NCBI RefSeq assembly: GCF_009914755.1
Contig: NC_060947.1
Direction: 5' to 3' (one strand)
From: the human T2T-CHM13v2.0 reference genome, Homo sapiens
DNA length: 64,000 nucleotides
The position numbers were made by a program, and so were the translations under genes. The notes under the pieces are model-generated. The model had not been told where the DNA came from. It saw only the letters and a list, made by a program, of their open reading frames with translations, and ran no database searches. Positions within the stretch are counted from its first letter, which is position 1, and every line of letters starts with the position of its first letter. Positions 29,930 through 45,261 of this stretch are shown here, in pieces.

Positions 29930-30388
29930 ACAGCTGCTGTGGTCACACAACTGTTGCTGTGTGCCCCCTCTCCTTTTTCTTATTCATAGCTGTCCCCAGA
30001 GAAGTCAGTTGTGCCAATCTCCTCCATGTTTGGTGTGGGACAAGACAGAAGTGGTCCTCCTGGGCAGTGTCTTGCAAGGTTGGGGAAGGTGATCATCACT
30101 TTGCTCTCACGTTCCTCCGTGGAGAAATGTGGGCCCAGAGGTCCTCTCTCAGCACCAAGCTGTGTTACCTTTGAGGAAGGGCGATATCAGCAAAGTGAAA
30201 CTGCTCTTTTTACCCTCTTCAATGCATCCATTCTCAGATATTTTGCACCTCCATGGCTCTGGAAGCTAAGCTTGACTCCAGTGCTCCCCAAAAAACTATT
30301 CTCATCCATGAGTGATTGCCAAAATCTTTGTTTATGTCAAGGGATGAGAGCTGGAAACTCCTATTCCACCATCTTGCTTATGTCACTC
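29930..30388 (-). mobile_element. L1M 5' UTR fragment
   Basis: Reverse-complement begins GAGTGACATAAGCAAGATGGTGGAATAGG. Confidence 0.7.
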
Positions 30389-30389
30389 C

Positions 30390-31131
30390 CAGGTTCCATT
30401 AAGATATTCATTTCTATTTGAGACCTCATCACAATGGTCTTTCCTATCCACATTTTTACCAACATTCTGTTTACGAACACTTAGAAAATCAAGAATCTCT
30501 ACAAAATGTGAGACTTTTTTTTTTTTTGAGACAGTGTCTCGCTCTGTCCCCAGGCTGGAGTGCAGTGGCACGATCTTGGCTCTCTGCAACCTGCGCAGTG
30601 AGGCTTTTTCAACAGCTCTCCTCTTTTTCTGATCCCTCACCAGAATAGCTCTTTACACAGTTCCAAAGCCACTTCCACATTTTCAGGTATTTGTTACAGC
30701 AACAATCTCCTCCCTGTACCAATTTCTACTTTGTCCATTCATGCTACCATAACAAAAGACCTTAGACTATGTAATTGATAGATAATAGAAATTTATTTCT
30801 CATGGTTCTGCAGGCCGGGATGTCCAAGATCAAGTTGCCAACAGATTCAGTGTCTGGTCAGGGCTTGCTCTCTGCTTTCAAGATGACTCCCCTTGCTGCA
30901 ATCTTACATAGTGGAAGAAGTGAAAAAGGGATAAACTCTGTGTCCTCACATGGTGGAAGGATTTAAAAGACAGGCAGCTCTCTGAAGCCTGTGTTATGAG
31001 GGCATTGATCCCATTCACAAGGGTGAAGCCCTCATGACTTAATCACTTTCCAAAAGGCCCCATCTTTTAATACAGTGAAGATTAAGTTTCAACATACATT
31101 TTGGAGGAAAACAAATATTCAAACCATAGTA
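30390..31131 (-). mobile_element. MST-type MaLR 5' LTR (30727-31131) plus start of internal region
   Basis: LTR closely similar to the reverse-complement of 36146-36563; internal start AAATTGGTAC. Confidence 0.85.
30514..30596 (-). mobile_element. 5'-truncated Alu (~80 bp)
   Basis: Poly-T plus Alu 3' end; TSD GTGAGACTTT/GTGAGGCTTT. Confidence 0.85.
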
Positions 31132-34056
31132 ATAATATAGCAGCATACCTTCATTTATTTATCGTTCAGCTTTAATATTATCAATGTATGACCTATGTTG
31201 TTTCATCTATAAATGTACTCACTTTTCTTCTAAATTATTTTGATGTAAATTTCAGCAGCATATAATTTCATCTATAAATAATTTTCATATCATTAAACAT
31301 AATTGTTACACCTAAATGCTAACAATAATTTCTTAATATCAAAAATCTAGTGTTCAATTTTCTCTAATCATCTCACACTTTTTGTTTTCTTACATAGTTT
31401 GTTTCACCAGATCAATAAAGGTTAGATCCATTTATATTATTAGGGGTACAAAGTGGGGATGTTCTTAATCTATTACTTCTTAATAATTTTTAAAAGACTT
31501 CTCTAGAGAGAAACAGTCCTTCATCAATAACTGGTTACAATAAGAACCAGTTTCTGCAATAAATACAGACTAATTGCTGGGTTACTTTGCTCTGAAATTC
31601 TGGCATTCACCAAAAGTCAAAATATTAATTTAGTACTATCACATCCTTCAGAGGTGACTAATGATTTTTCAATATGTTATTAAGAACTCATAATTTTAAT
31701 TATGTTGTATAATTTAATCCATTGTAGTTGTTATTTTTCTTTATGCACAAATTGTCCCATTTTTGGTCAGTGAGAGACTATTCAAGTGGGCTCTTGAGCT
31801 TTGACATAATTTGAGTTGTTTTTGATAGTTTTCTTGTTTTTTATTTATGAGATCTTTCTTTCCATCTTATATATTTCTTGCTTCCAACTTGGAATCATCT
31901 ATTTATTTAAATATCTCTGGTACTTTAAGTGGAAAATAGTATTAGGAACAATGATGTAGACATTAAGGCTGTTCCTCGCTACTGGATGAACTTTTTAGTG
32001 GACAGAGCTAAGGAAATAGCAATAAAATATCATGAGTTCATACTGGTATTTTTCAGTTAAAATCTAGGATTACATGTTTTTACTTCATTTCTTTGATTTT
32101 CTATTTGTGTTCTCTTATACTGAAAACATAGACTCCTAATTACATTACCACAGTAATATAATTACTCGTTTGCTTTTTATATACATGCATACTAGTTTCA
32201 TAATATCAATATTATTACTAATAATATTACTATATAAAAAGAGTCTTTAGCTATATTTCACTAAGGATATATAAATTACTGTGGTTTTTATCCATTTTGT
32301 TGAGCTATAATTGACATATAAAAAGCTGCACATATTTAGTGTATACATCTCAATGAGTTTGGCGATAAGTGTACACCAGTGAAACCATCACCACCATCAA
32401 TTCCATAAATATATCCATCACCTCCCAACATTTCCTCCCACCCCCTTTATTATTACAGTTGTCATTGATAAATTTTTGGTAAGAACACTTAATGTAACTT
32501 CAGTAATTTTAAGTATATAATATAGTATTGGTTACTATAGTCATTATGCTGTATATCTCAATAATTTATTTATCTTGCATAAGTAAAACTTTGTACCCTT
32601 TGCTGTCACCTTCCCATTTCCTCCTCCTTTCAGCCCCTGAAAACCACCATTCTCTTCTCTGCTTCTATAAGTTTGGCTATTTTAGATTCTACCTATACGG
32701 TTGATTGATCATACAATATTTGTATTTATGAGTCTGGATTATCTTACTTAATACGGTTTCTTCCAGGTCCATTCATATTGTCACAAATGATAGGATTTTC
32801 TTTTTTGAGGCTGAAGAATATTCTATTGTGCATACATATTATAATTTATTTATCCTTTGTTCTTTCAATAGATATTTAGATTGTTTCCACACCTTGGCTA
32901 TTGTTAATAATGCTGCAATAAACATGGTACATTATAGATATAGATATCTATAGTGTAGATATCTTTAGTAAAGATATCTATAGTACAGATATCTTTTTGA
33001 GATTCTGACTTCAATTCATTTAAATATATACCAAGAAAAGGGATTGCTAAATTGTATTGTTATATTTTTAATGTTTTTTAAAAGATTCATATTGTTTTCC
33101 ATAATTGTTATACCAATTCACATTCCCACTAACAGTGTACAACTTTTCTTCACATCTTCACCAACACTTGTTATCTTTTGTTTTTAAATAACAGCCATCC
33201 TAATAGGGGTGAGGTGATATCTCATTGTGGTTTTGATTTACATTTTAGTGATGATTAATAATGATAATTAATAATATACCTTTTCATATACCTATTGGTT
33301 ATTTGTATGTCTTTTTTAGAGAAATTTCTATTCAGATGGTTTGCCCATTTTTCACTTGGGCAATTTGATTTTTGCTATTCAGTCATATGAGTTCCTTATA
33401 TATTAGATTCACTCCTTATTAGTTATATGGTTTGCAAATATTTTCTTTCAATATATAGGTTGTATTTTGTTGTTGTTGATTGTTTCCTTTGCTGCACAGA
33501 AGCTTTTTAGTTTTAAGTAATTCAACTTATTTATTTTTGTTTTTGTTGCTTGTGCTTTTGGTGTCATATTCAAAAAATCATTGCCAAGACCAATGTTAAA
33601 AACATTTTTCCTTATGTTTTCTCCAAAGAATTTTATGGTTTCAGGTCTTATGTATATTTAATCCATTTTGAGTTGATTTATTGTGTATAGATGGTCCCTA
33701 ATTTACAATGGTTTGACATATAATTTCTCTACTTTATGATGGTGTGAAAGTGATATGCATTCACCGCGCTCCCCAGCTTATGATGGAGTTATATCTGAAT
33801 AAACTCATCATAAGTTGAAAATATCTTACATCAAAATCACACTTTCAATTTATGCTATTTTAACTTATGATGAGCTTATTGGGACATAACCCCATCAAAA
33901 GTTGAAGAGCATCCGTATAGTGTAAACAAACAGTGTAAGAAAACAACTTCATTTTAATACATGTGGATATTAAGTTTTTCCAATACCATTTATTGTAGAG
34001 GTTTTCCTTTCCTCATTGGGTATTTTTAGTGTCCTTGCAGAAAATATGCTTACCAT
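31132..34056 (-). mobile_element. L1MC/ME 3' relic (31132-~32280) and L1MA/MB 3' part (~32295-34056)
   Basis: Antisense L1 3' UTR and ORF2 C-terminal motifs. Confidence 0.7.
33688..33915. mobile_element. Tigger4a (MER46A)-like DNA transposon
   Basis: Ends TAGATGGTCCCTAATTTAC / AAGTTGAAGAGCATCCG; TA TSD; ~230 bp. Confidence 0.75.
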
Positions 34057-36563
34057 TGCTATGGTTTTAATGTTTGTATCTCCTCTAAAATTCATATTGA
34101 AACTTAGTCTCCAATGCAACAATATTAAGAGGTAGGGTCTTTAGAAAGTGATTAAATCATGAGAGTTCCACTCTAACAAATGGGATTAGGTGCTTTTAAA
34201 CAAGGGCTCAGGGAACTAGCTAACCTTTTTGCCCTTTCTACATCCACCAAGTAAGGACACAGAATTCAGCCCTTCCACCATGTGAGGAAGCAGCAAGAAG
34301 GCCCTTACCAGACACTGATTTTCAGAACCTTAATCATCAATTTTTCAGCCACCCAAATTCTGAGAAATAAATTTTTGTTCTTTATGAATTGTCCAGTCTC
34401 AGGCACTTTGTTGTAGCAGCATGAACTGATGAAGACAGAAATTGGTACAAAGAAATCTGGTTTTGCCATGAGAAATACCTAAAAATGTGGACATGGCTTT
34501 GGAATTGGTAATTGGTACAGGGTGAAAGAGTTTGGATATGCTTGCTAGAAAAAGCCTAGATTGCTGTGAACAAAGTATAAGAGTGATTTGTTTGGATTTA
34601 GGAGTGGAGTGCTGTGGAGAGAGCCTACATCTTCCTAGAAATTATCTAAGTGGTCATGATGAGAATGCTGGTAGAAATGTGCATGGTAAGGCCATTCTGA
34701 TGATGTTTTAGATGGAAATAAGAGACGTTTTACTAGAAACTGGATGAAAGGCCATCCTTACTACAAAATGGCAAAGAACCTGGCTGCATTGTGTCCATAT
34801 TCCATTAATTTGTGGAAGGAAAACGTAAAAGCAATGAAATAGAATATTTGGTGGAACAAATGTGTCAGCAAAGTGTTGAGGATGTGGCATGGCCTATTTT
34901 GACCACTTGTCAGTAAAATGTGAAAAGGGAGAAATGAATTACAGATGAAATTTATAATCAAAAGGAAAGCAGAACTTAAAAATTTGAAAAATTCTCAACC
35001 TGGCCATGTAAAGAATAGAAAAAGGTATTCAGGAAAGAATGCCAAGAGTATAGAGAGAAAGAAACCAGACTCTATTCATAAAGACAATGGAAGGATGACC
35101 CCAAAGGCATTGCAGAGATCTTCAAGACTGCCACTCCCACCAAGGGCCCAGAATTCTAAGTTTTGGGGCATACCTCATGATTCTCCTCCATGCATTCTGG
35201 TACAATGGCTCCTCAGTGACTCTATCTGTGGCTCAAACAGGCACAAGTATGGCTTGGACTGCCACTCCAGAGAACACCAGTAGTAAATCTTGGTGGTGTC
35301 CACATGATGCAAACTTTGCTCACATTGTGGACACATGGCTACCTTCACCTAGATTTCAAAGGATGCCTTAAAGAGCTTTGGGGTCCAGGCAAAGAACTGC
35401 CAGAAAGGAGGGCTGTCATGGAGGATCCCAATAAAGCAATGCCTAGCAGAGCCATGTGGTAAGGCTTCCACAGAGAGTCCCCAGTAAAGCAATACCCAGC
35501 AGAGCTGTGAGTTTGGGACCACCACAAAGAGCACCGACTGTAACAATGCCTAGTGAAGCCTTAGGGGCATGGACGTCTCCAAGACCTAAGACCAGTATAA
35601 CCATCAGCATGCAACTTCAGCCTGGGAAAACTGTTGACATGTGACTCCAACATGTGGGAGCTGATATATGGGATGCAGCCACCAAAGCCATGGGAGTGGA
35701 GCTTACCAGGAGCTTGGGGGCCCAACTCCACCCCATTGTTTCCAGAAAGGAGGGCCTGGAGTCAAAGATTATTCTCAAACTTCAAGATTTAATGTTGTTT
35801 TCCTTGTTGGGTTTTGGACTCACTTGGGACCAATTACTCCTTTTTTCTTGCCTATTTTTCTCTTTTGGAATGGGAATGTCTATCATATGTCTGTTATGCC
35901 ATTGTATTTTGGAAGCACATAAATTGTTTGATTTCACAGGGTCACAGGTGAAAAGCAGTTTGCCTCTGGATAAAACATACATTGAATCTCATCCATATTT
36001 GATTTAGGTGATATTTGGATGAGACTCTGGACTTTGAAATTGTGAGTTCATAATGAAACAATTTAAGACTTTGGGTACTATTGGGATGAAATGAATGTAT
36101 TTTGTATATGAGAAAGCCATAAATTTTAGAGGTCCACAGGCAAAATGTTATGGTTTGAATATTTGTGTCCCTCTAGAATTCATGATAAAATTTAATCTTC
36201 ATTGTGGTGGTTCAAAGAGGTGAGGCCTTTTGGGAAGCCATTAAGTCATGAAAGCTCCACCACCCTCATGAATGGGATTAACAGCATTACAAGAGAGGCT
36301 TCAGACAGCTGCCTGGCTTTTTGATCCTTCTACCATGTGAGGACACCACAGAGTTTACACCTTTTTCACTCCTTCCATTATGTAAGATTGCAGCAAGAGA
36401 AGTCATCTTGAAAGCAGAGAGCAAGCCCTGACCAGACACTGAATCTGCTAGCAACTTGATCTTGGACTTCCCAGCCTCCAGAACCATGAAAAATAAATTT
36501 ACATTATTTATGAATTACTCAATCTAAGGTATTTTGCTATAGCACCACAAATGAGTGAAGACA
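34057..36563 (+). mobile_element. MST-type MaLR, apparently chimeric (LTR 34057-34437, internal, LTR 36146-36563)
   Basis: LTR-int-LTR layout, but the LTRs are dissimilar and the flanks ACCAT/ATTAC do not form a TSD. Confidence 0.85.
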
Positions 36564-36735
36564 ATTACTCTCTCTAATTTCATATGGATTTGAATCTTTC
36601 TATAATACAAGTTTAAAAAGTTGACATTGTAACCATTAACCAAGAATATCATACTACCACACAGGTATGATCAGACCATACAAACAGCTTTTACAGAGAG
36701 AAAACTATGATTGCAAAATTAAAACCCCTATAGAA

Positions 36736-37060
36736 GGCTGGGCGCAGTGGCTCACACCTGTAATCCCAGCACTTTGGGAGGCCAAGGCAGGCAGATCACT
36801 TGAAGTCGGGAGTTCGAGACCAGCCTGGCCAACATGGTGAAACTGTGTCTCTACCAAAAATAGAAAAATTAGCCGGGCATGTTGGCAGGTGCCTATAGTC
36901 CCAGCTACTCAGGAGGCTGAGGCAAGACAATCACTTGAACCTGGGAGGCAGAGGTTGCAGTGAGCTGAGATCACACCACTGCACTCCAGCCTGGGGGACA
37001 GAGCAAGACTCCTTCTCAAAAAGTAATACTACTACTACTACTACTACTAATAATAATAAT
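36736..37060 (+). mobile_element. AluSx/Sz-like with a (TAC)n(TAA)n tail
   Basis: Full Alu; TSD AAAACCCCTATAGA/AAAACCTCTGTAGA. Confidence 0.95.
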
Positions 37061-37918
37061 AAAACCTCTGTAGAGACAGGAGAATTAAATTGAAAAAATC
37101 TCCAAAACTATAGAACAAAGATGTAAAAATGTGTCCACAAATATAGAAAGAATCAACATAGGAATTACAATATCCACCTAATAGATGTTTCAGAAAAAAA
37201 GTGAGAGAAAATAAAAGTGAGGGAATAAATAAATAATACAATCAAATTCCCCACAGTATAAGGACATGAATCCTGAAATTATATGAGCCTAGTAAGAAAT
37301 CATCTTAATTAATGACAAAATACTCACATCATTATACATCCTTTTGAATTTTCAAAGCACCATTGATGAAAAGAAGCTCCTAAACACTTCTACAGAGAAA
37401 ACATGAATCATCTATGTAGAAATTAAAATTGGACTGGCTTGAGACTTTATATCTGCAATAGAGGAGGGCTTCAAAGCTCTAAAAAATATTATTCGCCAAT
37501 TAGAATTGTATGCCAAACATGAGAAGAGAATTAAAACACAGCCTTAGTTTTGGTTCCCATGAAAAAGATTCAAACAGACAGTTATAGGCAAAGGTTTTCG
37601 GCAAATGTTCTGAAATAAAGTAAGAAGGTAGACAGCAAAGCTGGCCACAATGAAGTTGCAACCAATACCTGAGCAGGTCCTATGGAAAACTCTGGAGCTG
37701 TGATCACCCTTTTGTGATCACCCTTTAGAGTTGTTCCTACTTGAGGCAATGGAGCTATGCCTTTGTATCTTTGAATAGTCATTTGATGTAATTCAACAGC
37801 TTGGAGGTGGCATACATTCAGGTCATTCTCTGTGATCAAGGGCAGTTCTTGTGGGGGAGGTGGATAAATAGAGGAAGGATCTACAGATTATCCAACACTA
37901 CAGATTACCCTTTGTATA

Positions 37919-39638
37919 TGTATTACTTCGTCTTCATGCTGCTGATAAAGACATACCTGAGACTGAGCAATTTACAAAGTAAGGAGGTTTAATTGGACTT
38001 ACAGGTCCACGTGGATGGGGAAGCCTCTCAATCATGACAGAAGGCAAGGAGGAGCAAGTCACATCTTACGTGGATGGCAGCAGGCAAAGAGGGCTTGTGC
38101 AGGAAAACTCCCTCTTATAATAACCATCAGATCTCCTGAGACTCATTTACTATCACGAGAACAGCATGGAAAAGACCTGCCCTCATGATTCAATCACCTC
38201 CCACCAGGTCCCCCCGACAACACGTGGGAATTCAAAATGAGATATGGGTGAAGACACAGCCAAACTATATCATTCTTCCCCTGGCCCCTCCAAAATCTCA
38301 TTTCCTCACATTTCAAAACCAATCATGCCTTCCCAACAGTCCCCCAATATCTTAACTCACTACAGCAGCAAATTTTTGCTTGGACACCCAGGCATTTCCA
38401 TACATTCTCTGAAATCTAGGCAGAGGTTCCCAAACCCCAATTCTTGACTTCTGCACACTCACAGGCTCAACACCACATGGAAGCTGCCAAGGTCTGGGGC
38501 TTCCACCCTCTGAAGCAATTGCCTGAGCTGTACCTTGGCCCCTTTTCGTCACAGCTGGAATGGCTGGGATGCAGGATACCAAGTCCCTAGACGGCACACA
38601 GCACGGTGACCCTAGGCCTGGCCCACAAAACTATATTCTCTAGGCTTCTGGGCCTGTAGTGGGAGGGGCTGCTGTGAAGACCTCTGACATGCCCTGGAGA
38701 CATTTTCCCCATTGTCTTGGGGATTAACATTCAGCTCCTCATCACTTACGCAAATTTCTGGAGCTGGCTTGAATTTCTCCTCAGAAAATGGATTTTCCTT
38801 TTCTATCACATTTTCAGGCTGCAAATTTTCCAAACTTTTATGCTCTGCTCCCTTATAAAACCGAATGCCTTTAACAGCACCCAAGTGGCCTCTTGAATGC
38901 TTTCCTGCTTAGAAATTTCATCTGCCAGATACCCTAAATCATCTTTCTCAAGTTCAAAGTTCCACTAATCTCTAGGGCAGGGGCAAAATGCTGCCAGTCT
39001 CTTTGCTAAAGCATAACAAGAGTCACCTTTGCTCCAGTTCCCAACAATGTCCCTCATCTCCATCTGAGATCACCTCAGCCTGGACCTTGTCTATGTCACT
39101 ATCAGGCTTTTGGTCAAAGCCATTCAACAAGTCCCTAGGGAGTTCCAAACTTTCGCACATTTTCCTGTCTTCTTCTGAGCCCTCCAAGCTGTTCCAACTT
39201 CTACCTGTTACCCAGTTCCAAAGTTACTTCCACATTTTCAGGTATCTTTTCAGCAGTGCCCTACTCTTGGTACCAATTTACTGTATTATTTCATTTTTCG
39301 TGCGCTGATAAAGGCATACCCAAGACGGGGCAATTTACAAAGGAAAGAGGTTTAATTGGACTTATAGTTCCACGTGTCTGGGGAAGCCTCACAATCATGG
39401 CGGAAGGCAAGGAGGAGCAAGTCACATCTTACGTGGATGGCAGCAGGCAAAGAGAGCTTGTGCAGGAAAACTTCCTTTTATAATAACCATCAGATCTCAT
39501 AAGATTCACTTATTATCATGAGAACTGCATGGGAAAACCTTCCCCCATGATTCAATCACCTTCCACCAGTTTCCTCCTACAACACGTGGGAATTCAAGAT
39601 GAGTGAGATTTGGGTGGGGACCCAGCCAAACCATGTAA
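37919..39638 (-). mobile_element. THE1 (B-like) element with an internal deletion (LTRs 37919-38272 and 39282-39638)
   Basis: Two similar LTRs; perfect TSD GTATA; internal region ~1.0 kb with a deletion near 38360. Confidence 0.95.
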
Positions 39639-39649
39639 GTATAGGTCAT

Positions 39650-40586
<937 letters not shown>

Positions 40587-40589
<3 letters not shown>

Positions 40590-40704
40590 GAAAGTTTTAA
40601 TAACTGCATCATAACATACTAAGGGCTATCCATACTCCACATGCTGCCGAAAGTTTTAATAACTGCATCATAACATACTAAGGGATATCCATACTCCACG
40701 TGCT
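40587..40704. repeat. 59-bp tandem duplication
   Basis: 40587-40645 and 40646-40704; 2 mismatches; GCC microhomology. Confidence 0.95.
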
Positions 40705-40849
40705 GCCATAGCTAGGATTACTCATTGCTAGCTGGACTGCCAAATAACCCAGTTCTGAAATACAATTTTAGTGTCTGTGTTTGCTTCCTAGGATTATTCC
40801 TGGCACCAATATTCTTAGAAATTTAAATAGAACAAACACTTCAATTAGA

Positions 40850-42780
40850 GAAATATAAATAAAAATCCCCAATGATATACCACTTCATACCCACTAGAAT
40901 GGCTAAAATTTAAAAAGCTGAAAGCACCAAGTGTTAGCAAGGGTCTCATACAACTGTAAGTCATATAAATTGCTGGTATACAAACACTATGGAAAATAGT
41001 TTGTCATTTTCTGATAATTTACCATATATTTAACATAGAAGGCAGCAATTCCACTTCCAGGTATTTAGTCAAGAGAAATAGAAAAAAAGGAAAATTGAGA
41101 CAGATGGTATATGTTTCCTTCCAGCTCCACAAAAAGACCTGCACGTAGTAGCTTTATTCATTATACCACAAAACTGTAAACAACTCTAATGTCTATCAAT
41201 AGAAGAATGAATAAACAAATTCTAGTATATTTGTACAATGGAATACTATTCAATAACAAATAGGATGCAAATGCTGATGCACACAAAAACCTGGATGAAC
41301 TTCGAAAGCCTTATGCTGAGCAAAAGAAGACTGACAAAAAGGTGAGTGCATACTGCATAATTCCATTTATATGAAATTTAGAACTTGCAGAGGTAATTTA
41401 TAGTTAGTTTGGGGTGGGGGTGAGAATGAGTGCTGCAGAGATGTAGGATGAAGCTTTCTATGGTGATGATAATGTTCTGTATTTTAATTAAGGTGGCAGT
41501 TCCATGGGTACAAAATCACACCTTACATAATGATAGAGATACATTCTGAGAAGTGTGTCACTGGGCAATTTTGTCTTGGTGCAAACATCACAGTTTATAC
41601 AAACCTAGATGGTATCACCTTCTACACACATAGGCTTTATGATACAGCCTTTTGCTCCTCGGCTACAAACTTATACAGCAGGTTACTGTACTGAATACTG
41701 TAGGCAATTGTAACACAGTGGTAAGTATTTGTGTATCTAACCATATCTAAGTGCAGAAAAGGTATAGTAAAAATACTATATAAAAGATAAAAATAGTTCG
41801 CCTATATAGGGCACTTACCATGAATGGAGCTTGCAGGACTGTAAGTTGCTCTGGGTATGTCAGTGAGTGAGTGGTGAGGGAATGTGATGGCCTAGGACAT
41901 TACTGCACACTACTGCAGAATTTATAAACACCGTACACTTAGGCTGCATTAAATGTATTTAAAATATTTTTTCAAAAATAAATTAACCTTATCTTGCTGT
42001 AACTTTTTTACTTTATGAACTTATTTAACTTTTTGATGCTTTGGTAACAACACTTAGCTTGAAACACACATTGTAAAGCTGTAAAAAATGCTTTATATTC
42101 TTATTCTAGAAGTTTTTTCTACTTTCAATATTTTATTATTTCTTTTTTTACTTTTTAAACTTTGTTACTAAAGACTAGGATATAAACACATATATTAGCC
42201 TAGGTCTACACATAGTTACCATAGTTACAATCATCAATTATCACTGTCTTCCACCTCCGCATCTTGTTCTACTGGAAAATCTTCAAGGACAGTAACACAC
42301 GTGGAGCCTATGATAACAATGCCTTCGTTTGGAATACCTCCTGAAAGACCTTCCTGAGGTTGTTTTACAGTTACCTTTTTTTCTAAATAGAAGAAGTGCA
42401 CTCTTAAATAATAATAAAAAGTAGACTAAATACATTAACCAGTAACACAGTTGTTTATCCTCATTATCAAGTGTTATGTAGGGTACCTAATTGTATGTGC
42501 TATACTTTTGTACAGCTGGCAGAGCTATGGGTTTATTTATAGCAGCATCACCACAATCACATGAGTAATGCATTATGCTACGACGTTACAATGGCTACAA
42601 CGTCACTATGTGATAGGAATGATTAAGCTAATTATAATATTATGGGATCACCTTCATATTATCCAGTCCATCGTTGACTGAAATATTGTTATGTAGTACA
42701 TGATTGTACATATTTTTCAAAACTCTGTGAACTGTATACTTATATATGTTCATTTTATTTTATGTAAACTGTATGTATAC
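40850..42780 (+). mobile_element. L1MD/ME 3' end interrupted by Tigger3b
   Basis: L1 ORF2-end and 3' UTR motifs resume after the Tigger. Confidence 0.7.
41511..42706. mobile_element. Tigger3b-like DNA transposon
   Basis: GATACATTCTGAGAAGTGTGTC near the start, ends CATGATTG; TA TSD; ~1.2 kb. Confidence 0.85.
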
Positions 42781-43815
42781 ACAATACACACAAACATATA
42801 TACACATATATAAATAATGTCTTAACTTTTGCCTTTAAGAAACTAAATAAAGTGCCTATTAATCTAATATTATGCAATGTGTTGGGTTCCAAATACTGTA
42901 AGTGTATTTATTAGTACTAATTAGTAAGGGTGGCTCTACTGTAAATCTTCTCTAATTACTTTCAGAAATGAAAAATAGTGGTACGGTATACCAAGTGCCC
43001 TTAGTATATTTCAAATGGTATTGTCTTTCCTTTTTTTTTTTTTTTTTACAAAAGTGCTTATAAATGCTTTTAGAAAAATATAGCATAAAAATAGGATACC
43101 TATATAATAATCTGACCAGGAGAAATGGGATTTTCAGAATAAAAATGATCATTTCTTAATTAACAATAATACAATCCCTTAGCATATCTCATAGTCACTT
43201 AATTTAGACAGCCTTAGCCCTGTCTTGCATGATATGCGTGTGCTTCTGCATACACACATGAAATTCCTATGGGTCTAAAAGATCATACTGGACTACATTT
43301 CTCAGTCTCACTTCTCTGGTTCCAAAAGTTATAACGACTGCCTTTCAGGCAAATTTAACTGCCTCTCTATAATTCAACTCAGCAGGAGTCTGGGGATTTG
43401 ATGGTAAAGTCATTACTCATTAGACAGATTTGTAAGGAATAATTTTTAATTATGTAGAACGAATGTAGGAATGAAAAGATTGCAAGCAGAACAGTGGAAA
43501 AAATTAAATTATTTGGTATACACTAACGGAAACTGTTGGAGATAAAGACCTTCCTCTTTCCCCACTCCCACTCACACCTTTTAGAAATAAACAGGAATTT
43601 GCTAACGCATTTACGGAAGTTACAGAAATACAGAAAATCCAAAACAACTTGTAGTCTTTAAAGATCTGTAAAATTCAATAGCAGCATTAAATATGCTATA
43701 CGAACCATCTCTGCAGTTTAGTGTAGCAATCTTTTAAAAACTCTCTTGGATGTGAACTATAGTTTCTTAGTACTAGACCTGATTCCTCCAGGAGGACAAA
43801 GAGTTCTTGAGATGA

Positions 43816-44221
<406 letters not shown>

Positions 44222-45261
44222 AAATACCACCTTTTGATTGCTATGTAGCTCAAGGAATCCCTTATCAACGTTAAGTAAGCAGCCAGACCCTAAGCTAGAT
44301 AACATGAAAGCAGATTTACATTAAGAATAGCCTAGAATTTTGGGTCAAATGGGTTATTCCCAGCCTATGTGAACACTGAACAGATTCAAGAGATTTCTGT
44401 GCACTTTGATTTTCTTTCCTCAACCTTATCTCTAAATCATTGTAACTATGAACTTAAATTAAGCCTTTGCCAGAGAAGTCCCATTGAAGGACATTTTAGC
44501 AGCCAGTGAGGGAAGCCCATTTTGCTTTGCTTCTTCTCTCATTCTGTGCTATTAGAGACTGCCTAAGTAATCTAAATCGAATGAAGTTGAAATTAAATGG
44601 CTACCCTGATCACATGACTCAAAATATTTGCATCACTTCCCTTGAGAAGTCCTCACATTTGTCAAAAGGCAGTACATCATGTGTGAAATGCCCACCCCTG
44701 AAAGTTGAGAAAGATGTTTTTCTAAATGGAATTTGTACCTTTTCAAATGGTTGCCACACACCTTGAGAAGAGAAAATGAGTCCATATTACTGTTATTTCT
44801 TGAGTTCCAGGGTAATTTCCACCAAACATACCCCTTTGCCTCCTAGAATATCACTTAGAGTCCTAAAAACTGTTGACTACATGTACTGAAACAATACTCA
44901 GAATTATGTTTTTGATACAACATACATAGTGTCCCTCAAGGGAACAATTTATTTCTACACTTTTCTAAAATAAACAGAGAAAATAACATTCTGCACTGCA
45001 TGTTGGGCATTCTAAATGCCTAAGCTGAATCAAAGCTGTCTTTAGGCTCCCCTTTTATCCCTTTGTCTATTTTAGTCTCTGTGGCTCTGAACAATCAGAC
45101 TTTGGGGGGAAAAAAACAGCCATTTTTTAATTGAAACATTAATTAGCACACTTCTAATCAAAAACATCATGTTTAGAAATCTTCCATTCTCTGAAAACCA
45201 TGCAATTAAGCCCTAAAAATAGTGACAATGTTTACAATTTAACTCTAAATTTATCCAACAT

